Shown here: piece after piece, positions 55,961 through 64,000 of the stretch | How the letters are laid out: the number at the start of each line of letters is the position of its first letter | Position numbering within the stretch: the first letter of the stretch is position 1 | Origin: an uncultured bacterium | GTDB taxonomy: Bacteria > Omnitrophota > Omnitrophia > Omnitrophales > Abzuiibacteriaceae | Assembly (NCBI GenBank): GCA_964387845.1 | Contig: CAYLXA010000001.1 | Coordinates: 320,001 to 384,000, forward strand | Reading direction: 5' to 3' | DNA: 64,000 bases | Notes under the pieces: model-generated | Databases searched by the model: none | What the model saw: only the letters and a program-made list of their open reading frames with translations | Told to the model about the DNA's origin: nothing | Program-made: the position numbers and the translations under genes

Positions 55961-58228
55961 ACTTTTAGAGGATGAATCCACCACGAGCGGCCCGGCAACA
56001 AACACGGTCGAGTAAACACCGATTGCAAAACCGACTAATAAAATAAACGAAAAATCATTCAGCGCGGGCCCGCCGAACAAGAAAATAGAGCTCACGACCA
56101 ATAAAGTCGTCACGGTTGTGAGCAAACTTCGCGCAAACGTTTGATTGATGCTGAGATTAAACACTTCGGCAATCGACAGTTTGCGCATCGATTTTAAATT
56201 TTCGCGCGCACGGTCATAAATAACGATCGTATCATTGACCGAAAAACCGATGATGGTCAAAATCGCGGCGATCGTCTGCAGAGAAATTTCGCGGCCGCTC
56301 AACAAATAAATTCCGAGTGCAATTGTGGCGTCGTGAAAAACCATTAAAGTCGCGAAAATACCGAACCTAAAATTAAACCGGTACCAAATATAAACCAGAA
56401 TCAAAAGCAGTGAAAGCGCGATGGCTTTGACGCCTTTTGTAAACAATTCCTTGCCGGCTGCAGGTCCCAAAACGTCAGACCTTCTGACCTCAAAATTTCC
56501 GGCACCGACCGATTGAGTCAGGGCATCAAAAATCGGTTTTGAATCTTCGTTTTTAGACCGAATGATGATCATATTGTCCGCAGGATCGCCGTAACGCTGA
56601 AGCTGGGCCGTCGTGACGCCTGATTGCTCAAGTGCGCTGCGGATTTTTGAAAGATCAGGAGCCGAATTCAACTTAATTTCCTGTAAAGATCCGCCCGTAA
56701 AATCAATGCCCAGGTTCTGCTCTTCGCGAGTAATAATCACAAACAAGCTGACACCGATTAAAACCGCAGATAAAATGTAGCCGATGAACCGTTTTCCGAT
56801 CCAATCAAAAGTCGGCTGCTTAATAAGCTCTATCATATGAAGATTGAGATTGCTTTTGCCGCGCGTTAAAACGTCAAAAATGACGCGCGTCAAAAAGAGC
56901 GCCGTAAAAAGACTCGCCACAAGGCCGAGTATGAGCGTCACCGAGAAACCCCGGATTGGGCCCGAGCCGAACCATAAAAGAATCGCGGCAGCCAAAATTG
57001 TGGTCGCGTTGGAATCAAAAATTGCGGAAAACGCTTTGTGATAGCCCGCGGAAATCACGGAACGAACGGCTTTTCCGAGCTTCATTTCTTCGCGCATGCG
57101 TTCATTGATGAGCACATTCGCGTCGACAGCCATGCCGATCGTTAAAATGATACCGGCAATACCTGGCAGCGTGAGCGACACATTGAACGCCGCAAGCAGC
57201 CCGATCAAAATAAATAAATTGGTCAGCACTGCGAAACTGGCGATAAAACCGGAGACGCGGTAATAAATGAGCATAAATAAAATGACGAGAATTGCACCGC
57301 CGATCGATGCTTTAATGCCTTTTTCAATTGAATCTCGGCCGAGCGTGGGGCCGATTGTGCGCTGTTCAATCACCTTCACCGGAGCAGGCAAGGCGCCGGC
57401 CCTGAGAACCAGCGCAAGGTCGCTGGCCTGAGCGTTGGTGAAATTGCCGGAAATCTGGCCTTTACCGCCCGGAATCCGGTCGCGGATAACAGGCGCCGAG
57501 CGTACTTTACCGTCCAAAACAATCGCAAGCCGGCGGCCGATATTGCGGAATGTAACATCATCAAAAATTTTAGCACCTTCCCCGTCGAGCTGAAACTCCA
57601 CGACCGGCTGGCCGTATTGATCAAAACCGACGGACGCGCTTTCCAAATGTTCGCCGGTCAAAACCGGTGCTTCTTCCAATAGAACCGATTCACTCGGACG
57701 CTGGTCTTCTTCCAGCTCCGCCAACTCGTAACCTGAAGGCATTGCAGCAGGAATTGATTCGGCGACTTTTTCAACTTCGGCTTTTGCGGAATCGGCAGGA
57801 TTTTCTTGAGGTTTCTCATCCGCTTTTTCGGGATTTGCAGCCGCAATGGCTTGCCTTAAGAGTGCATCATCATCGCTGACAAGTTTGAATTCCAAATGCG
57901 CCGTTTGCGAAACAATGTCGCGTGCACGCAATTCATCGGTAAGGCCAGGCAGCTGGACCACAATTTCTTCGCGGCCCTGCCTCGTGATACTGGGTTCGCG
58001 GACGCCGAATTGATCAACGCGGTTCCGGATAATTTCAACGGCACGGTCAATGGCGCCTTCGTGCTGTTTTTCCGGCAGCTTCTCCGTATCAACGCGCAGT
58101 AATAAGTGGATACCGCCTTTTAAATCAAGGCCGAGATGGATTTTTTCTTGAGGTGGGTAAGCTGCCCACAAACATCCGCCGATCACGGCGAGTATCAGAA
58201 TGACTTTCCATTTAAAATTTTTATCCAT
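55958..58228 (-). CDS. secDF: Protein translocase subunit SecDF (fused).
   Basis: 756 aa; SecD periplasmic domain followed by two six-TM bundles. Confidence 0.9.
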   Translation of the reverse strand: MDKNFKWKVILILAVIGGCLWAAYPPQEKIHLGLDLKGGIHLLLRVDTEKLPEKQHEGAIDRAVEIIRNRVDQFGVREPSITRQGREEIVVQLPGLTDELRARDIVSQTAHLEFKLVSDDDALLRQAIAAANPEKADEKPQENPADSAKAEVEKVAESIPAAMPSGYELAELEEDQRPSESVLLEEAPVLTGEHLESASVGFDQYGQPVVEFQLDGEGAKIFDDVTFRNIGRRLAIVLDGKVRSAPVIRDRIPGGKGQISGNFTNAQASDLALVLRAGALPAPVKVIEQRTIGPTLGRDSIEKGIKASIGGAILVILFMLIYYRVSGFIASFAVLTNLFILIGLLAAFNVSLTLPGIAGIILTIGMAVDANVLINERMREEMKLGKAVRSVISAGYHKAFSAIFDSNATTILAAAILLWFGSGPIRGFSVTLILGLVASLFTALFLTRVIFDVLTRGKSNLNLHMIELIKQPTFDWIGKRFIGYILSAVLIGVSLFVIITREEQNLGIDFTGGSLQEIKLNSAPDLSKIRSALEQSGVTTAQLQRYGDPADNMIIIRSKNEDSKPIFDALTQSVGAGNFEVRRSDVLGPAAGKELFTKGVKAIALSLLLILVYIWYRFNFRFGIFATLMVFHDATIALGIYLLSGREISLQTIAAILTIIGFSVNDTIVIYDRARENLKSMRKLSIAEVFNLSINQTFARSLLTTVTTLLVVSSIFLFGGPALNDFSFILLVGFAIGVYSTVFVAGPLVVDSSSKS

Positions 58229-58231
58229 GAT

Positions 58232-58504
58232 TTACTTCCTCATATCGCTGACATGGGTGCGCAAAATTTCAAGCTTTGATTCACCTTCTCCGACTTTTAT
58301 GACAACATAGTCATCTTGAAGCGTATGGATAGTTCCGATGATACCGCCGGCCGTGACGACTTTGTCGCCCTTTTTCAGGCCCTTGATCATGTTCTGGTGC
58401 TCTTTTTGCTTCTTTTGCTGCGGGCGTATTAATAGGAAGTAAAAAATAACAAAAATAAAAATCATCGGCGCGAAGGCCATGATCGGATTTGCCTGCTGCT
58501 CCAT
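58232..58504 (-). CDS. yajC: Preprotein translocase subunit YajC.
   Basis: 90 aa, single TM, then …KGDKVVTAGGIIGTI…. Confidence 0.8.
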   Translation of the reverse strand: MEQQANPIMAFAPMIFIFVIFYFLLIRPQQKKQKEHQNMIKGLKKGDKVVTAGGIIGTIHTLQDDYVVIKVGEGESKLEILRTHVSDMRK

Positions 58505-58516
58505 TTTAAAGTCCTT

Positions 58517-60036
<1,520 letters not shown>

Positions 60037-60042
60037 TTTTTC

Positions 60043-60118
60043 AGTTGTAAGTCGTAAGTGGCAAGTGTTAAGTTGATTGATTAACTTAGCACTTACAACT
60101 TACCACTTATCACTCGTT
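60043..60118. repeat. Family-4 heptad hairpin.
   Basis: ttgtaagtcgtaagtggcaagtgttaagt … acttagcacttacaacttaccacttatcactcgtta. Its terminal motif is identical to the copy at 48205–48290. Confidence 0.75.
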
Positions 60119-60120
60119 AA

Positions 60121-61191
60121 TCAAATAATCAGCATCGCATCGCCATAGGAATAAAACCGGTAACGATTTTGAATGGCTGTTTGATACGCCTGTTTTAAAT
60201 TTTCAACACCGCAAAATGCCGACACGAGCATGAGCAGCGTTGTCTTCGGTAAATGAAAGTTTGTGATCATCGCATCCACGATTTTAAATTCATACGGCGG
60301 ATAAATAAACAAGTTTGTATCGCCCCGCTTTGGCTCCACTTCGCACGGAATTGAATTTTTGGCGGCCGATTCGAGCGTCCGGACAACCGTTGTACCGCAG
60401 GCAATGACACGCCGGCCGGCAGTTTTGGCGAAATTAATGAGCTCCGCGGTTTCATCCGGAATTTCAAAATATTCCGAATGCATTTGATGCTGCTCGATTT
60501 GGTCGTGAGCAACCGGCTGAAATGTTCCGTAGCCGACATGCAGTGTCACATAAGCAATTTGAATTCCTTTCGCTTCGATTTTTTTCAAAAGCGCTTCATC
60601 AAAATGAAGGCCGGCTGTCGGGCTTGCAACCGCACCCGGCTTACGCGCAAAAACCGTTTGATAAAGATCGCGGTCAATTTCGGAATCGGGCCTATCGATA
60701 TAAGGCGGCAGCGGCACGCAGCCGATTTTATCGAGCTTTGTCTTTAAATCTCCTGTACCCTGAAATTCGAGATGGCGAATTCCGGTTGTGCCGTCAGCCG
60801 AATCTAAGACTTTTGCTTTTAGTTCAATTCCATCTGCAGAAAAATTCAAAACATGAGTTTCTTTCACGCGGCCCGAAGGTTTGAGCAGCGCTTCCCATCG
60901 ATTGTTGCCTTGGTCTTTCAGCAAAAGCACTTCGACCGATCCGCCGGATTCTTTTTTGGCAAAAAGCCGTGCCGGCAGAACTTTGGTGTCGTTTAGAATC
61001 AAAAGATCGCCAGGAATCAAATAATCGAGAAGATTTGAAAAATGGCGATGCTCGATTTTGCCGCCTTCGCGGCCCAAAACCAAAAGCCGGGCTGCGGAAC
61101 GTTCCGGATTGGCTTCTTGCGCAATCAACTCCTGCGGTAAAGCGTAATCGAAATCGCTTAATTTCAGCGGATAGCGTTTAGCGGATAGCAT
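60121..61191 (-). CDS. queA: S-adenosylmethionine:tRNA ribosyltransferase-isomerase.
   Basis: DFDYALPQELIAQ N-terminus, 356 aa. Confidence 0.9.
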   Translation of the reverse strand: MLSAKRYPLKLSDFDYALPQELIAQEANPERSAARLLVLGREGGKIEHRHFSNLLDYLIPGDLLILNDTKVLPARLFAKKESGGSVEVLLLKDQGNNRWEALLKPSGRVKETHVLNFSADGIELKAKVLDSADGTTGIRHLEFQGTGDLKTKLDKIGCVPLPPYIDRPDSEIDRDLYQTVFARKPGAVASPTAGLHFDEALLKKIEAKGIQIAYVTLHVGYGTFQPVAHDQIEQHQMHSEYFEIPDETAELINFAKTAGRRVIACGTTVVRTLESAAKNSIPCEVEPKRGDTNLFIYPPYEFKIVDAMITNFHLPKTTLLMLVSAFCGVENLKQAYQTAIQNRYRFYSYGDAMLII

Positions 61192-61350
61192 ATAGGAAAG
61201 AAAGGTGTTTCATAAATAAAACATTTTTTGGTCGATTTTTTTGATTTTTTTCTATACGCTGTACGCTATCCGCTACTCATAACGCGCCCGCCCCACAGGG
61301 GCTGGCGCTTAACTTTGATAAATAACCGTCTTGAAATCCTAGAGTAGTTA

Positions 61351-61424
<74 letters not shown>

Positions 61425-61581
61425 ATAGCTACATTATATTGCTATTTGATTATTAATAAAAGCTATGCGCCAGTCCTGACTACATCAGAAAAGATTTTCA
61501 AAGTCAGGGCGGGCGACAACTTACATGGCACTTGCACCGATGCGCAAGTGCCTGTAGTGCGAGGGTCAATGATACCCTCGC

Positions 61582-62835
61582 CTACAGGTCTAACAACTCA
61601 GACAACTTATCAATTCCCTTCTCAGCCATCGAGACAAGGCCTTCCGATTTATACATTTTCTTATAAGAACTGCCGGGATAATAAAATTCGGTGATTTCTT
61701 TGTAGGTTTTGCCGAAATCCGACATGTTTTTGGCCCCCCACTGGCAAAACCCGACACCGTGCCCCCATCCGAAACCTTCGATACGAATCTCGCCGCCTTG
61801 AAGCGACAGCTTGGCTTTTGTGCTGCGAATCACTTCCGGCCCGACGAACACACGAAAATCATTCGCCATTAACTTCAAAACGCCTTTTTCATGGTCAATC
61901 ACGGCAAATTTGGCGCGCCCGGAGTCATCATAATCTCTAAATTCGATATTCGAAATCGGGCTCATGGTGTAACCGCGCGCCGCAATCTTGGATTCGATTT
62001 CCTTTAATGAAACTGAATTTTGCCAATGATAATGCTTGGTTCCGACACAATAAGGGCACGGCGTTCCTTCAAGCACTTGATTACGTTCAATCCGCCACAC
62101 ATTTTCCGCGCGCGTTGTGTGTCCGCCGCAGCAAGAATGAAAAAAAGCCGGGAATATGTTTCCCTTAAAAGTGAGCACTTCCCCGCGCGTCGCATCCACC
62201 GCCATACTTGTGTTTACTTTTTCCGTGCTTTTTCCTTTATAAACCTGGCTCATGACATCCGACTCCAAAAAATAAAGATCTTTTTGTTTATCAAGCGACC
62301 GGAAAAGCGCGTAGGTCCTTGAAATAACGGCATGCGCTTTCAAAACTTCCTGTGACCACTCAGGATTCGCTTCCCAGGGCAAAACGCCCTTGATGTAATT
62401 TTCGATATCAATTTCATTGATAACCATTAGTTTTCCGCTTTGATCCCGCACGATGTGCAAATGGTCGCGGTATTCGCGGTTTTTATTGATTTTGAAATAG
62501 CCATGATCGGTGGAGATGCGGATATGCGATCCGGCGTAAAACCTGGAACCGACTTCAATGCCGCCTGCAGCTGGTTTCACCAAAACATCGGGCATCGAGT
62601 TGCCGCGCCCAATCATTAAAAAAGACGGCATTTTGGAAATTGTGTACGGAAAAGGCGTCGACAAGCTGAAACTATTTTGATCGCGCAAAATCGCGACTTT
62701 GACATAAAAAGGCTCCGGAATTGTTACGGGAAACAGGATAGAGGAACGCAAAAGCGGGGTTTCCTGCGGAATCGTAGCGCCAAACTGTAAAACAATTAAG
62801 AAAACGGCCAGAGCTCCCTTTGCCAGTTTTTTCAT
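61582..62835 (-). CDS. SpoIID/LytB domain protein (peptidoglycan lytic / amidase-enhancer family).
   Basis: Signal peptide; SpoIID blocks (EEYLKGVLPWEANPEW…, GFGWGHGVGFCQWGA). Confidence 0.8.
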   Translation of the reverse strand: MKKLAKGALAVFLIVLQFGATIPQETPLLRSSILFPVTIPEPFYVKVAILRDQNSFSLSTPFPYTISKMPSFLMIGRGNSMPDVLVKPAAGGIEVGSRFYAGSHIRISTDHGYFKINKNREYRDHLHIVRDQSGKLMVINEIDIENYIKGVLPWEANPEWSQEVLKAHAVISRTYALFRSLDKQKDLYFLESDVMSQVYKGKSTEKVNTSMAVDATRGEVLTFKGNIFPAFFHSCCGGHTTRAENVWRIERNQVLEGTPCPYCVGTKHYHWQNSVSLKEIESKIAARGYTMSPISNIEFRDYDDSGRAKFAVIDHEKGVLKLMANDFRVFVGPEVIRSTKAKLSLQGGEIRIEGFGWGHGVGFCQWGAKNMSDFGKTYKEITEFYYPGSSYKKMYKSEGLVSMAEKGIDKLSELLDL

Positions 62836-62882
62836 ACTGACAACTTATCCGCTAAAAAGATAAATTTCAAGGCAAAAGATGT

Positions 62883-63437
62883 TTAAACTTTGGCTATGAG
62901 GACAGCGTGATGATTTTCGAGGACGTCTTTCGTTTCTTGAAGGCCAAGCTGGTGGATGGGGTAAGAACAAAGCCCGATGCACGGAAATTGATGAATGATA
63001 GACTGGCCCTTTCGTTCATATTCGCGGAGCTCGGGCCATAAATGCGGCTTGAAACCGCTGCCGTCCCCTGCGGCTCGGACAATTTTAAATCCTTTTTGAA
63101 GCGCTTCGGCAACTTTCTTTTGATACTTTTCCAAAACTAAATCACCATCAAAGGTTTCGCCGTCGCCATACCAGGCAATGTGGGGCACAATTTCGAAACC
63201 GCCTGCGAGTGAATGTTCATGAAAATTCCGGAGCTGGCCTGAAATAATTTCGCGCGCATGCTTGACTGTCATGTAATCGGGAACAACCCAAAAGCAAAAA
63301 TTTCCCTTATCGATGCCGGCCTGCCAATACGGCAGCAATACTTTGATAAGGTCTTCTTGGGTTTTGTAAAATTGGTAGAAATGTTTGCCAGGCGCTACAT
63401 CATGCAGCAAATCAAAGTCGTCAGTGAACGGGACCAT
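62883..63437 (-). CDS. MEDS domain protein (putative sensory/regulatory domain).
   Basis: The GKHFYQFYKTQEDLIKVLLPYWQAGIDKGNFCFWV pattern resembles the MEDS N-terminal block. Tentative. Confidence 0.45.
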   Translation of the reverse strand: MVPFTDDFDLLHDVAPGKHFYQFYKTQEDLIKVLLPYWQAGIDKGNFCFWVVPDYMTVKHAREIISGQLRNFHEHSLAGGFEIVPHIAWYGDGETFDGDLVLEKYQKKVAEALQKGFKIVRAAGDGSGFKPHLWPELREYERKGQSIIHQFPCIGLCSYPIHQLGLQETKDVLENHHAVLIAKV

Positions 63438-63578
63438 TTTATTTTGGCGGTTGAGAGTTTTTATCTATATTTAAATAGTAGCACTCCTAGCATCAAATAC
63501 TAGGACGCGCAATAAATTATCGTAAGTTATTTATTTACAATAGCTTACGCATACTTAAAGAACCACCACAGATACAAT

Positions 63579-63626
63579 ACAAAAACAAAATGCCCGAGCT
63601 TATGAGATATAAACTCGGGCATTTGT
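63579..63626 (-). terminator. Rho-independent terminator (stem gcccgag/ctcgggc) downstream of the 63652 gene.
   Basis: aaaatgcccgagcttatgagatataaactcgggcattt. The minus-strand reading is followed by a T-rich tract. Confidence 0.5.
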
Positions 63627-63651
63627 CAAAGACTGGCGTAGAGTTCGAAGC

Positions 63652-63987
63652 TTACTTAATCACTGATGAGCCGCTGGGAAGATAAGCCTTCAACTTATCC
63701 CAGGTTTTCTTGCCGACAACACCATCCGCATGGAGTCCGTTGTCCTGCTGAAAGCGGCGGACAGCTTCGCGGCTTGTAGAACCGATTTCACCGTCAATCG
63801 CCCCGTCATAATAACCGGCCGCTTTTAAAGCTTGCTGAATGTCGGCTGCCGGAAGTTCAAATCCGGAAGGTGTCCGGTACATAATCGATCCGCCGCGAGA
63901 AGCAGAAACAGGCTTTGAACCAAAAAAGGACGGCCGCTGCTGATTTTGAGCGTCCAACCGTGCGACTTCACCGGACAAAGTCGTCAC
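63652..63987 (-). CDS. Peptidoglycan-binding domain (PG_binding_1) protein; may extend beyond the window end.
   Basis: LKAAGYYDGAIDGEIGSTSREAVRRFQQDNGLHADGVVGKKTW. GTG start. The frame is still open at 64000. Confidence 0.55.
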   Translation of the reverse strand: MTTLSGEVARLDAQNQQRPSFFGSKPVSASRGGSIMYRTPSGFELPAADIQQALKAAGYYDGAIDGEIGSTSREAVRRFQQDNGLHADGVVGKKTWDKLKAYLPSGSSVIK

Positions 63988-64000
63988 TTGAGCTTGTAAA

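Overview
This is a 64 kb bacterial chromosomal window of roughly 50% GC, mostly transcribed on the minus strand and dominated by central-metabolism and housekeeping genes. The core content is:

- sucCD, sdhCAB, mdh, ppc, aconitase, an IDH-family dehydrogenase and aceBA (glyoxylate shunt).
- Polyamine genes pdaD and speB.
- Inositol genes ino1 and suhB.
- A queA–tgt–yajC–secDF block, recJ, dinB, dus, glgP, pepA, rpmB, cspA and one tRNA-Arg(CCG).

Three things stand out.

1. A contiguous minus-strand operon at 25254–34076 encodes, in transcription order (high to low coordinate):
   - a tetraheme cytochrome c;
   - a NapC/NirT-type (ImcH-like) seven-heme inner-membrane cytochrome;
   - an octaheme lipoprotein cytochrome;
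   - a ~695 aa outer-membrane beta-barrel, its start translationally coupled to the octaheme stop 11 nt upstream;
   - a dedicated System II cytochrome c maturation pair, ResB/CcsA.
   This looks like a porin–cytochrome electron conduit with its own heme lyase. Two cytochromes carry non-canonical CX3CH / CX4CH motifs, and the CcsA has an unusual N-terminal extension of about 280 aa.

2. A small AT-rich islet at 7099–9075 holds an ORF6N (KilA-N-like) protein and a 222 aa orphan protein with an Rx5H (HEPN-like) motif. Three different palindromic repeat elements bracket it, between ino1 and speB.

3. There are at least six distinct families of short palindromic (REP/MITE-like) repeats, each present in two to five copies:
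   - CCCTCACCC/CCCTCTCCC nested hairpins;
   - NGTAAGT heptad hairpins sitting at gene ends;
   - a gtcattgcgag…cgaagcaatctacgtt palindrome in a short and a ~240 bp expanded form;
   - an AT-rich caaatttcaaa family;
   - a gcttgaagc/gcctgcagc family;
   - a tttcgcaaagcgaRcagcggggg family.
   Several copies sit in frame inside CDSs (the PabB-like gene, the DUF1015 gene, the CcsA N-terminus).

No CRISPR array, rRNA, integrase or transposase gene is visible. All calls rest on by-eye motif recognition of the supplied translations plus reading of the nucleotide sequence; no database search was possible.
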